From: Thermomicrobiales bacterium
GTDB lineage: Bacteria; Chloroflexota; Chloroflexia; Thermomicrobiales; UBA6265
DNA length: 64,000 nucleotides
Direction of reading: 5' to 3'
Assembly (NCBI GenBank): GCA_030447415.1
Contig: JAUJOZ010000002.1
Span: 147,351-211,350 of the forward strand
Under the pieces are notes generated by a model that saw nothing but the letters and a program-made list of their open reading frames with translations, was not told where the DNA came from and made no database searches. The position numbers were made by a program, and so were the translations under genes. This document shows, in pieces, positions 29,282-40,155 of the stretch (positions within the stretch are counted from its first letter, which is position 1; each line of letters opens with the position of its first letter).

Positions 29282-30421
29282 CTAAAGCCCGGTCGCGCCG
29301 GGCAGCTTGACCTCGATCACGTCTGCGAGGACGTGGACCGCCTCCAGGTTGCTGCCCCCCTCCCACCGGCGCAGGTCCTCCAATCCGAGCGGACCCCGGG
29401 CGACCACCTGCAGTCGGAGGATGCCCTCAGCGTATTCCCGGGCCTCGACCGTCTCGACGTGGCCGAGCCCGGCGAGGTGGCGCTGGAGGGAGAGGGCGGC
29501 GGCGGCGCGCGGCACCCCATGGACCAGGACCATCACCTGCCGTGGCGCACTCGGGTCGATGGCGAGGGTGTCGGCGGACTGGGCGGGTGTTGATGTCGCA
29601 GCGACATCGGCTCCGTCGGCGCTCGACACATCCGCGGTAGTCTGCTCGGCGGTCCGCGGTGCGCTCGATGCGTCCGTGGCGGGCGCGGGAGCCGGGGAAG
29701 ATTCCTCATCCAGCCTGGACGCAACGCCCGGTTGCAGCTCGGCGCCCGGCGACACCGGTGGCGTGCCAATCGCGAGCGCCGGCGCGGCCCGCTCCTCGAC
29801 GGACCCGCTCCGGTCGAGGGACAGCGGTTCCGGGACGGGGGCGCTGGCGGGCTCGGCGGAGGCGGCGGGTTCGACGGCGGCCTCGCTCGGTTCCATGCGG
29901 GTGACCGAACCGACCGGCCCGGCGGGCGCCTCCGGTGCGGTCAGGGCGACGGCCGCGGCAGGCGGGGCGGCTCCAGAGGGCATGGCGTCGGCGACCGTCG
30001 TTCCGGCCGCGGGCGCCGCGACCGACGGCGAGGCGAACCGATCATCCATGTCGCGCAGCGCGTCGGTGGCGCGGCCGACGAGGTCGCTGGTCTGCTGCTG
30101 GAGCCGGGTGAGCTCGTCCACGAGCGAAGAGACGGTCGCGCGGTGCTGCTCCCGCTCGGCCTGGAGGCGTTGGTCGAGCTCGGCCCGTGCCTGGGCGATC
30201 TCGCGGGCGGCGCCTTCGCGCATCTCCATCGCCTGGCGCAGCAGGTCACCGGAGCGGGAGATGTTGTCCTGGATCAGGCCGTCGAACGATTCGTAGAAGG
30301 CGAGCCGCTCCTGGGCGCGGGCAAGCTGGTCCGCGAAGGTGCCGCCCGGGTCGCCCGGTGACGCTGACGGCGGCATGGTTTGGTCGCGACCGGCGCCCGA
30401 TCCTCCGGTGTGGTCGTCCAT
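29282..30421 (-). CDS. hypothetical coiled-coil protein with Ala/Pro linker and small C-terminal domain
   Basis: N-terminal heptad helix, low-complexity middle, VHGVP..LQRHL..EAREYAEGILRL. Confidence 0.7.
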   Translation of the reverse strand: MDDHTGGSGAGRDQTMPPSASPGDPGGTFADQLARAQERLAFYESFDGLIQDNISRSGDLLRQAMEMREGAAREIAQARAELDQRLQAEREQHRATVSSLVDELTRLQQQTSDLVGRATDALRDMDDRFASPSVAAPAAGTTVADAMPSGAAPPAAAVALTAPEAPAGPVGSVTRMEPSEAAVEPAASAEPASAPVPEPLSLDRSGSVEERAAPALAIGTPPVSPGAELQPGVASRLDEESSPAPAPATDASSAPRTAEQTTADVSSADGADVAATSTPAQSADTLAIDPSAPRQVMVLVHGVPRAAAALSLQRHLAGLGHVETVEAREYAEGILRLQVVARGPLGLEDLRRWEGGSNLEAVHVLADVIEVKLPGATGL

Positions 30422-30814
30422 CGCCCGTGTCTCCTCGGTCGTGATCGCCGCGCGCCGCGGCATCCGTAGGTCCCGGCACCGGGGACCGTCGCCTCTCCCG
30501 TCCCACGGGCCGAGCGAGTGCCCGGCGGGACGTGTGATGCAGGCAGGCTTGCCGGTCCAACCACCGGTGTGATGGTTCGCGGTTCGCTGGGCGGCGAGTG
30601 TAGCAGACGGGTGGAAGCTCCTGGCCGCGGACTCGAGTGCCGAGCCTCGGGCGTCGGACCGCCCCTGGGATGGTGCGTACCGTCCGCTCCCCGCCGCCGA
30701 CTACAATGGCGAAGGCGCCACGCGCCGTCACGAGACGAGTTCGTCGTCCAACGGGCACCCGGGCTGACGGACCGCCGTGGGCCGCCCACCACCCGCACCG
30801 GGGGTACACCACCG

Positions 30815-33800
30815 ATGAGCAGCCGCAGTCTCAGCCGCAGCCCGTTCCTCGACCTCGCGCGGGAGCGCGTCGTCGTCTACGACGGGGCGATGGGGACCTC
30901 GGTCCAGGCGTATAGCCTCGACGCGGCCGGGTACGGTGGGATTGAGGGGTGCAACGAGTATCTGGTCTTCCACAACCCCGGGCTGATCGAAGCGATCCAC
31001 GCCTCGTTCCTAGAGGTGGGGGTCGACATCGTCGAAACCGACACCTTCGGCGGCAGCCGTCTCAAGCTGGAGGAGTACGGGCTCGGCGAGCGGACCTACG
31101 AGCAGAACCACGAGGCCGCCCGCCTGGCCCGCCGGGTGGCGGACCAGTACACCACTGCCAAGCACCCCCGCTTCGTCGCCGGCTCGATTGGACCGACGGG
31201 GCTGCTGCCGGCCTCGGAGGATCCGCTGCTCGGCAATGCCCGCTTCGGCGAGGTCGTCGACCTGTTCCTCGACCAGGTACGGGGCCTGGTCGCCGGGGGC
31301 GTCGACGTGCTGATCATCGAGACGACCCAGGACATCCTGGAGCTCAAGGCGGCGGTCCACGCCGCCCTCCGCGTTCGCGAGGAGACGGGCATCTTCGTCC
31401 CCATCCAGGCGCAGGTGACGCTCGACACCAGCGGGCGGATGCTCCTCGGGACCGACGTCGCCGCCGCCCTGGCCGTGCTGGAGGCGCTACCGGTCGACGT
31501 GATCGGGCTCAATTGCTCGACCGGGCCGGAGCACATGCGCGAGCCGGCGCGGTACCTGGGCGAGCACGCGACCAAGCCGGTCTCGATCATTCCCAACGCC
31601 GGGTTGCCGCTCAACGTCGACGGTAAGGCCGTGTATCCCCTGGAGCCCGAGCCGATGGCGCGGGCGCTCCGCGAGATGGTCGAGACGTTCGGGGTCGGGC
31701 TGGTCGGCGGGTGCTGCGGCACGACGCCGGAGCACCTCGCGGCGACCGTGCGCGAGATCGGTCGACGGCCGGCCGTGGCCCGTCCGATGAAGCCGCTTCC
31801 ACTGATCGCGAGCATGGTGCGGGCGGTCGACCTGCACCAGGACCCGGCGCCGCTGATCGTCGGCGAGCGTGTGAACACGCTCGGCTCCCGCAAAGTCAAG
31901 CGCCTGGCGCTGACCGACGACTACGACGGCATGGTGACGGTGGCGCGAGGGCAGATGGAGGAAGGGGCGCACGCCCTCGACGTCTGCGTGGCGATGACCG
32001 AGCGGACCGACGAGCGGGAGATGCTGCGCCAGCTCGTCAAGAAGCTGGCCCTCAACGTCGAGGGCCCTTTGGTGCTCGACTCGACCGAGGCCGATGTCAT
32101 CAAGGACGCCCTGGAGCAGTACCCCGGGCGGGCAATCGTCAACTCGATCAACATGGAGAACGGGCGGGCCCGGATCGAGGCGGTGATGCCTCACGCGATC
32201 GCGCACGGCGCCGCGGTCGTGGCGATGACGATCGACGAGGAAGGGATGGCGAAGACGGCCGAGCGCAAGCTGGCCGTCGCCCGGACGATTCACCGGATCG
32301 TCACCGAGGAGTACGGGCTGGCGCCGGAGGCGCTGATCTTCGACACCCTGACCTTCCCGCTCTCGACGGGCGAGGAGGAGTTCGTCCGCTCGGCGATTGA
32401 GACGATCGAGGGGATTCGGCTGATCGAGCGGGAGCTGCCGGGGGTGTTGACCATCCTCGGCATCTCCAACGTGTCGTTCGGGCTCAACCCGGTGGCGCGC
32501 AAGATCGTCAACGCCGTCTTCCTCTACCACGCGGTCCGGGCCGGGCTCGACATGGCCATCGTCCACCCCTCGCACGTCGTCCCCTTCGCCGAGATCCCGG
32601 CCGAGGAGCGGGAGCTGGCCGAGGATCTCGTCCTGGCGCGGCGGCCGGACGCGCTGGCGCGGCTGATTGCGTTCTTCGAGGGGCGAGAGGAAACGAACGA
32701 CGGGGCGACGGGTCCCGACCCGATGATCGGGATGGGACCGGCGGAGAGGTTGCACTACCGGATCCTGCACCGCAAGAAGGAGGGGATCGAGGACGACATC
32801 GACCTTGCCGTCGCCGAAGCGGGCGATCCGGTCGACGTCCTGAACAACGTCCTCCTGCCGGCAATGAAGGAAGTGGGAGACAAGTTCGGGGCGGGCGAGC
32901 TGATCCTGCCGTTCGTGCTGCAATCCGCCGAGGCGATGAAAAAGGCCGTGTCGCGGCTGGAAACCTATCTGGAGAAGCAGGAGGGGGTGACGAAGGGGAC
33001 GGTGGTGCTGGCCACCGTCTTCGGTGACGTCCATGACATCGGCAAGAACCTGGTCAACACGATCCTGACCAACAACGGCTACACCGTCCACGACCTCGGC
33101 AAGCAGGTGCCGGTCAACCGGAATCATCGAGAAGGCGGTCGAGACGAACGCGACGGCGATCGGGCTGTCGGCGCTGCTCGTCTCGACGAGCAAGCAGATG
33201 CCGCTGTGCGTGCAGGAGCTGCACCACGGCGGGCACCGCTTCCCGGTGATCATCGGCGGAGCGGCGATCAACCGGGCCTACGCCCAGCGAACCCTGTTCG
33301 TCGACGAGCAGACCCCCTACGAACCGGGCGTCTTCTACGCCAAAGACGCCTTCGAGGGGCTGTCCCTGATGGACCGCATCGTCGACGCGACGCGACGCGA
33401 CGAGCTGGTGCGGACGACGGTCGAGACGGCCCGGGCCGCGCTCGGCCGACCGGGCCGGACTGCGTTCAGCGTGCCGGCGGAGGCGGCGGCGACCGAGGGC
33501 GCGACGGTGCGCCGGGTCGATCCGCCGCCCCCTCCCTTCTGGGGCGTGCGGAGATGGAGCCGATAGATCTCGACGACGTGTGGCCGTGCCTCGACCTGAA
33601 GACCCTGTTTCGCCTCCACTGGGGCGGCAAGGGCTCAAGGACGAGGCGTGGGAGGCGCTCCAGCGGAACGAGTTCCTGCCGCGGCTGCGGGCGATGCAGG
33701 AGGCGGCGAAGTGCGATGGATGGCTCCAACCGCGCGTCCGCTACGGCTACTTCCCGGCCAACGGCGAGGGGAACGATCTGGTCGTCTATAGCCCCGACGA

Positions 33801-34291
33801 GGAGGAACGCGAGATCGCGCGCTTCCCCTTCCCGCGGCAGCCGCGCCGCGACCGGCTCTGCCTGGCCGATTACTTCCTCCCGGTCTCGTCCGGTCGGCGG
33901 GATGTCGTGGCGTTCCAGATCGTGACGGTGGGGGTCGGAGGCGACAGCGCGGACGGAGCGATTGCAGGCGGCGGGGAGTATGCGGAGAGCTTCTTCTCGC
34001 ATGGGTTGAGCGTGCAGACGGCGGAAGGTCTGGCGGAGTACGCGCACCAGCGGATCCGCCGGGAGTTGGGCCTGGGTGAGGAGCAGGGAAGCGCTACTCG
34101 TGGGGCTACCCCTCGTGCCCGGACCTGTCACAGCACTGCTGCTCGACCGGCTCCTGGACGCGGGCGCGATCGGCGTTCGGGTCACGGAGGGCTACCAGTT
34201 CGACCCGGAGCAGACAACGGCGGCGCTGGTGGTCCACCACCCGGACGCGCGCTACTTTGCGCTGGCACGCACCGGCGGGGAGGAGGATTAG
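30815..34291 (+). CDS. metH: cobalamin-dependent methionine synthase (several frameshifts)
   Basis: DGAMGT, GLNCSTGP, GGCCGTTPEH, GERVN, DVHDIGKN, activation domain PEQTTAALVVHHPDARYF. Confidence 0.93.
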
Positions 34292-34353
34292 ACCGGCGCG
34301 CCGACGGCGCCCTCCGGGCAGCGCCCTCGCTCGTTCGCCCACCGCAGGTCCCG

Positions 34354-35124
34354 TTACTCGTCGTCGCCCCCGCCGTCATCGTCCGCCACGACCGTCAGGG
34401 TGAGTTCGGTGCCGTCGTCGGTGGCGGCGGTGGCGGTCTCGTCGTCCGAGGCCGAGCTGACTTCGACGTCGTCGGTTTCGACAGACGCTTCGGCGACGAG
34501 GATGTACGGGGGGCCGTTGTAGCTGTAGACGGGTTCGCGGTTGAGGATCGCGATCTCGTTGTTCCCCTCACGCAGGAACGAGGCGGGAATGGTGATCGCG
34601 ATCTCCCGCCAGGCGGCGTCCTCACCGTTGCCGACGCCGTCCCAATTGACAAAGGGGCTTTCCCCCTCGTAGCCCTGGCGGCCGTTGACCTCGATCGCGA
34701 TTCGGTTCTTGGCCTCCCACTCGTCGTCGAGTCCGGCGACGGTGAAGACGACATCCTCCTCCGGCTCCGCGGCGAGGTGGAATGTCAACTCGGCGCGCGG
34801 GTAGTCGCTCAGGGCGCCGTAGATCGCCACCCAGGGGCGGCCGTAGTACTCGCTGTCGCCGCGGTAGAAGCCGCCTTCCCAGTCCGCTGCCTGAAACTCG
34901 AGGGTCGTCTCCTCGGGGGACGCCGTCGCCGTCTCCTCGGTCGCAACCGTCGCGGTGGCCCGTGCCGCGGGCGTCTGGGTGGCGAGGGGAATGAGGACAG
35001 CGGTGATGGGGGTCGGGGTCGGGGCTTGGGCGGCGAGCGGGCCCGCCGTCGCGATGACGCCGCTCGTCACCGCCGCCACGAGGGCCGCCCCAATGCCCCA
35101 CGTGAGGGCCGAGTGTCGTTTCAT
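34354..35124 (-). CDS. secreted protein with Thr/Ala linker and beta-rich domain
   Basis: MKRHSALTWGIGAALVAAV signal; WEGGFYRGD..YGRPWVAIYG; LREGNNEIAI. Confidence 0.65.
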   Translation of the reverse strand: MKRHSALTWGIGAALVAAVTSGVIATAGPLAAQAPTPTPITAVLIPLATQTPAARATATVATEETATASPEETTLEFQAADWEGGFYRGDSEYYGRPWVAIYGALSDYPRAELTFHLAAEPEEDVVFTVAGLDDEWEAKNRIAIEVNGRQGYEGESPFVNWDGVGNGEDAAWREIAITIPASFLREGNNEIAILNREPVYSYNGPPYILVAEASVETDDVEVSSASDDETATAATDDGTELTLTVVADDDGGGDDE

Positions 35125-35369
35125 CGCTCCCACCGGGAGGCGCTTCGTGATCGACGGCGTTTCCGCTTCCCTGCGTCCGTGCACCGTGCTCTCCCTTCTC
35201 GCGCCAACGCGCATCGAGTGCCCGAGGCAGCGGTGGTCGCAGGAGACGTGCCGGAGTTCACGGGGAATATGGGGGCGTCGTGACGGCCGTGTGGTGGGGA
35301 ACCTCAGGAGCGATGCGGGAGCGACGAGAGGGGCCGCGCCGGACGGGCCACGGTCCGGCCGAACGGATG

Positions 35370-36042
35370 CTTGGGGCGGATCGGCTTCCCGGATCAAGGC
35401 GGCGACGGTGTCATGGCCGCGGCGAAGAGCCATGGCGAGGGGCGTCCGGTCAGGACCGTTCGCCGCGCGGGGGTTGGCACCGTGGGCGAGCAGAAGCGCG
35501 ACGGCGTCCTCGGCGCTGGTGTCCGCGGCGAGATGGAGCGAACTCCAGCCGATCGATTTCCGGACGTCGGCGTCAGGACCGTGCGCCAGGGGGAGCGTGG
35601 CCAGCGCCGCAGGGTTCCCCGCGACCGCGGCGTGGAGGGGCGTGTTGCCCATCGCGTGGACGGAGCGGGCGCGGATGTCGGCGCCGCAGATGAGGAGGCC
35701 GCGGACGGCGGGCTCGTGGCCGAAGTGGGCGGCCAGGGCGAGCGGCGTCCAGCCGTCGGGGCTGTGCGCGTCGTGGAGCTCATGGTTCGCCGCCACGAGC
35801 GTCTCGAGGCGATCCGTGTCGCCGACGGCCGCGGCAGCGAGGACATCCAGGTCGGTGCCGGACGTGCGGGATAGCCACCGCTCCTCCGCTCGATGCCAGA
35901 AGATCGCGGTCAGGAGCGGGGACAGGCCGGCGGCATCGCGGGCGGTGGTCGGGTCCGGGTGGTGGTCGAGGAAAGTGCGAACCTCGGTCGCGTCGCCCAC
36001 CTTGACCGCCGGAAAGAAGGTATCCGTCGGGACGGCGGGCAC
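35370..36042 (-). CDS. ankyrin-repeat protein (3' end uncertain)
   Basis: GWTPLALAAHFGH, GNTPLHAAVAG, GWSSLHLAA, TPLAMA. Confidence 0.7.
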
Positions 36043-36365
36043 GGCCGCCGGGCTTGGCTGCGGCGTTGGGTCGGTTGCGGTTCGCGGCCTCCGTCTTGCC
36101 GACAGCGGGCCTCTAAACGAGGTGGGTAGTGTGAATGACCCCGTCGCAGATTGGTGTGCGTACAGACTGTGGCGACGCGAGCGGCGGGTGTCAACGAGTC
36201 GGGCGCTCGCTTCTGGCGCGTCCCAAGCCGCGCGGCGGTGTTCGGAGGGGAGCCCGTAGTGGGGGCTCCCGGTCGGCTCGTGGTGGCCCGCGACATGCTC
36301 CGGCACCATCCGGCGCGACGATCGAGCGGCGCGACCCTGGAGCGTGCAACGAGGGGCAAGAAGCG

Positions 36366-36875
36366 ATGACGGGCGGGAACCAGATCCATGACATCTTGGA
36401 GGAGCCGAACCGGCAGCGGCGGGAGCAAATCGTCGAGTTGCTGAAGCGTGCCTACTGGATGGAGATGGAGACGGTCATGAACTACGTCTCCAACTCCGTC
36501 AACCCGGACGGCGTCCGCGGGCGGGAGATCTCCGAGGCGCTGGCGACAGACATCCAGGAGGAGCTGGCGCACGCTCAGCAGTTCGCGCGCCGGATCAAGG
36601 AGCTTTACGGGGTGGTGCCGGGCTCGCTCGAGTTCACGCCTGAGCAAGCGTCGCTGCAGCCGCCCGAGCGTCAGACGGACGTCGTCCACGTCATCCGAGG
36701 CGTGATCGAGGCTGAGGATGGGGCCATCGCGCACTACAACCGGATCCTGGAGGCGACGGCGGATGTCGACCCGGTGACCAACGACATGATCGTCGACGTC
36801 CTGCGCGACGAGCAGGGCCACCGCCGGATGTTCGAGGGGTTCCTGCGGGAGTACGAGGCGGAAGGGCGGACGTAA
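36366..36875 (+). CDS. ferritin-like / bacterioferritin-like protein
   Basis: EMETVMNY, EELAHA, EAEDGAIAHY, DEQGH di-iron pattern. Confidence 0.85.
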   Translation: MTGGNQIHDILEEPNRQRREQIVELLKRAYWMEMETVMNYVSNSVNPDGVRGREISEALATDIQEELAHAQQFARRIKELYGVVPGSLEFTPEQASLQPPERQTDVVHVIRGVIEAEDGAIAHYNRILEATADVDPVTNDMIVDVLRDEQGHRRMFEGFLREYEAEGRT

Positions 36876-36992
36876 CCAGGCGACGCGCGGCGCCGGCAGG
36901 CGAGTCGGCATCGCCCCTGGACGGGGCGTGCCGACCGTCGAGTGGCGCGCGTGGACCGAGCGCTGCCCACGCCGCGGGCCCGCGCGGCCAGG

Positions 36993-37343
36993 CTATGAGG
37001 CGGCGAGGCTGCGGTCGATGACCGAAAGCACCCGCTCTAGGTCGAACGGTTTGCGGATGAAGGTGACGCCGGGGAGATCCACGTCGGCATAGACGGCGCT
37101 CATGAGGACGACCGGGGTCTCGTCGCCGCGCTCGCGGAGTTGAGCCACAAGCCCCGCACCGCCGAGGCGGGGCATCATCATATCCGCCAGTACCAGATCC
37201 GGCGGCGCCCGATCGACGTCTTCCAACGCCGCCCGCCCGTCGTAGGCACGGCGGACGTGGTAGCCCTCGTCCTCGAGGACGTCCGCGAGCAACGAGACGA
37301 TGGCGCGCTCGTCGTCGACTACGAGGATCGTCTGGTCCGCCAC
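36993..37343 (-). CDS. single-domain response regulator
   Basis: ILVVDDE, DMMMP, KPF. Confidence 0.9.
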   Translation of the reverse strand: MADQTILVVDDERAIVSLLADVLEDEGYHVRRAYDGRAALEDVDRAPPDLVLADMMMPRLGGAGLVAQLRERGDETPVVLMSAVYADVDLPGVTFIRKPFDLERVLSVIDRSLAAS

Positions 37344-37564
37344 CGCTTCGTCCTTGCATCGTCATCGCGCCGGATCACGCATTGAGACGGGCCTGGGCAG
37401 GCCGCGCTGGTGGGTTGCCTCGCAACCGGCATGCCCTGGGCGACTCAGGCTATGGATACGGCGTCCGGCTTGATGCCGATTCGCCCCGCCGGTCGTGGAC
37501 CCCGCACTCCGTGGGCGCGGCGGTGATACGAGCCGCGGGAGGTGCGGACAACGGGGGAGGTGCC

Positions 37565-38005
37565 GTGAAGGCCAAGAAGCAGAGGCACGGAGACGGGAAC
37601 GAGTCGGGACAGCGGCACGTCCTGGTCATCGACGACACGCCGGCGATCCTCGACCTCTTTCGGGACCTCCTCGAGGAGGAGGGCTACCGCGTGTCGCTGG
37701 AGAACTTCAGCGTTGCCGCTAGCGAAAAGCTCGCGCCGATCAGGGCGCTCAAGCCGGACCTGATCGTCCTCGACTACATGGTGGGCGGGGAAGGATTAGG
37801 GTGGCAGCTCTTGCAACTGCTGAAGATGGACCGGTCGACGACGACGATCCCGGTCATCATCTGCACCGCGGCGGTGCGGCAGGTGGAGGAACTGAAGGGG
37901 CACCTCCTCGACATGGGCGTTGCGGTGGTGCTGAAGCCGTTCGACATTGACCGGCTGCTCGCCGAGATCGCCAAGGTGTGGGAACGGGTCGGCGAGAGCG
38001 GCTGA
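37565..38005 (+). CDS. single-domain response regulator
   Basis: VLVIDD, PDLIVLD, IICTA, KPFD. Confidence 0.85.
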   Translation: MKAKKQRHGDGNESGQRHVLVIDDTPAILDLFRDLLEEEGYRVSLENFSVAASEKLAPIRALKPDLIVLDYMVGGEGLGWQLLQLLKMDRSTTTIPVIICTAAVRQVEELKGHLLDMGVAVVLKPFDIDRLLAEIAKVWERVGESG

Positions 38006-38148
38006 CGCGGGAGCCGGGAGTGGGAAGGAGGGAGAGCCCGGGTCGGGCGGCGGCAGCCCGGTGGTTGGAGGGACACGGGGCGGACGGGGACGGGGGCGCA
38101 CCGGATGCTCCGACTCGGCCACGAAGCGCCCGTCTTTGTCCGAGCCGG

Positions 38149-38637
38149 TTAGCGAAAGAGCCTCCAGGCGCTCGGGTCGCGGCCGGCCCGGCCGGCGTCG
38201 AAGTCGGCGGCGAATGCCTGGACTCGCAGCTCGCCCTGGAGGGCAAGCCGGGCCATGTACGCGGACAGGTCGGTGACGTCCGGGGCGTCGAGGTCGGCGA
38301 GCGCGAAGTAACGGGCGTCGTCGTTCTCACGGCCGTGCGGGGTCGGCGTGCCTCTCACCGGTTCGAGCAGAAACATGACGTACGTGTCGTTGGTCCGACC
38401 GTCGAAGCGGCTCCGCACGCCGCAGATCCCGAGCGCGCGGGCCTCGACGCCCGTCTCCTCGAGGACCTCTCGCACCACCGCCTGGTCGAGCGTTTCGCCC
38501 GGCTCGACAAGACCGCCCGGGAACATGTAGCGGCCCCTCGTCGACCCGTAGGTCATTCGCACCAAGAGGACGCCGCCGTTTTCGACGACGATGCCGCCGA
38601 CGGCGGTGACGTTGCGGGGCGGCGGTGGTTCAGCCAT
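38149..38637 (-). CDS. NUDIX hydrolase
   Basis: GGLVEPGETLDQAVVREVLEETG Nudix box. Confidence 0.9.
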   Translation of the reverse strand: MAEPPPPRNVTAVGGIVVENGGVLLVRMTYGSTRGRYMFPGGLVEPGETLDQAVVREVLEETGVEARALGICGVRSRFDGRTNDTYVMFLLEPVRGTPTPHGRENDDARYFALADLDAPDVTDLSAYMARLALQGELRVQAFAADFDAGRAGRDPSAWRLFR

Positions 38638-38789
38638 GGCGGTGTCCTCGTGGGTTTCGCGGCGCGTCCATCTCTCGAATGACGCAACCCCTATCGTCGT
38701 CGGGGAAAGCCGATGTCCTCCCTGGATCCGTTCTAGGATCGCCTGACACAGCCTAATTCATCGATCGCCGACGCCCGACGCCTCCGCAA

Positions 38790-39402
38790 TCAGCTCCTCG
38801 GCGTATCCGGTGCGAAGGTGCCCCGCCCGAGGAAGCCGGCGAACTCGGGGGCCAGGCACTCCATGTACAAGACGTCCCAGAGCCTACCGCCCATGAAATG
38901 CGCCTGCCGGCGCCGCCTGAACTGCCGAAAGCCCGCCCTTTTCGTACGCGCGCAGCCCGGCCAGGTTGTACTCGTAGACGGTGAGGATGACGCTGTGCAG
39001 GCCGAGGACCGTGAAGGCGTAGTCGACCATCAGCTTGGTCGTCTCGGTGCCGTAGCCCTTGCCGCGGCAGTCCGGCTCGCTGATCACGATGCCGTACTCG
39101 GCGGTGCGGTTGAGCCGGTCGATGTCCGCCAGGTAGGCGATGCCGATGGCACGCCGGGTCGCCCGCTCGTAGATCGTGACCAGGGCGTAGCGCTCGTCCT
39201 TCGTCACCTGATCGTAGGCCGCCGTTTCCTGCTCGACCGTCGTTGGCTCCGACCGGGCGAGAGTGCGGGTGGTGGCGAAGTCGTTGTTCCAGCGCTGGTA
39301 GGCCGCGATCAAATCGCGGCGCAGCGGCCCCAGCGCCACCCGTTCCCCCACGACGTTGAGGACCGACCGCCCGTCCACCACGTCGCCCTTGGGTGGTTCC
39401 AC
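38790..39402 (-). CDS. RimJ/RimL-type GNAT acetyltransferase (frameshift near 38935)
   Basis: RGKGYGTE, YEYNLAGLRAYEK, then GFRQFRRRRQ..DVLYME in the shifted frame. Confidence 0.8.
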
Positions 39403-39651
39403 TCCGCGCTCGGCCTCCTGTATCCACTATCCACCGCGGCTGTCCGCCTGAGGCGGGGGGCGAATCGCCCCACTTCGGTGGCCGAAGAGCGGCCCCCCCT
39501 TCTGGTGTGTCGCAACCACTGGTGGCGCTCCCCGTCGGTCGGTCAGCACGGCCTCGCAGAACCGAGGCTCGCCTACCTCGATGCCGCGTCGTTGGATTGC
39601 GGGTGGCTGCGGCTTGCTGGCACTCGCTGCGGGAGGACACCGAGCTCTTCC

Positions 39652-40155
39652 CTACAGCGACGGATCGGCGGCGGCACGGCCGGCTTCCCGCAGCCGCGCC
39701 GCGGCGAGGAGCACGGCCTCGGTGATCTGCGGGTAGGAGCCGCAGCGGCAGAGGTTGCCGGCCAGGTACGCCGCGACCTCCGCCGGCGTTGGATCCGGGT
39801 TCTCGGTGAGCAGCGCCTTGGTGCCGAGGATCATACCGGGTGTGCAGTAGGAGCACTGGAATCCCATCCGCTCGACGAACGCTTGCTGGATCGGGTCGAG
39901 CGCACCCTCGTCGCCGCTCAAGCCCTCGACAGTCTCGACGGTAGCGCCGTCGACCAGGGGCGCGAGGAGGAGGCAGGCGCTGAGCGGGGCGCCGTCGACG
40001 AGGACGGTGCACGCGCCGCAGATACCGATACCGCAGGTGGACCGGACACTGGTCAGGCCGCACGCATCGCGGAGGACTTCCAGGAGGGTCGCGTCCGTGG
40101 CGACCGTCAACTCCGTCGGCTCGCCGTTGAGGCGGAAGGCGACCGAGCGCTCCAT
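39652..40155 (-). CDS. Mo-hydroxylase 2Fe-2S subunit (CoxS/XdhC-like)
   Basis: CGIGICGACTV, QCSYCTPG, GNLCRCGSY. Confidence 0.92.
   Translation of the reverse strand: MERSVAFRLNGEPTELTVATDATLLEVLRDACGLTSVRSTCGIGICGACTVLVDGAPLSACLLLAPLVDGATVETVEGLSGDEGALDPIQQAFVERMGFQCSYCTPGMILGTKALLTENPDPTPAEVAAYLAGNLCRCGSYPQITEAVLLAAARLREAGRAAADPSL

Noticed and set aside
30430-30814. SAM or cobalamin riboswitch upstream of metH
   Set aside because: No recognisable SAM-I or B12-box consensus by eye; an Rfam scan would settle it.
30815-34291. metH and others (erm, coxM, coxG, FAH, GH38, HAD, GNAT) as true pseudogenes or programmed frameshifts
   Set aside because: Single-base indels are scattered across many unrelated, otherwise conserved genes, typical of long-read consensus error.
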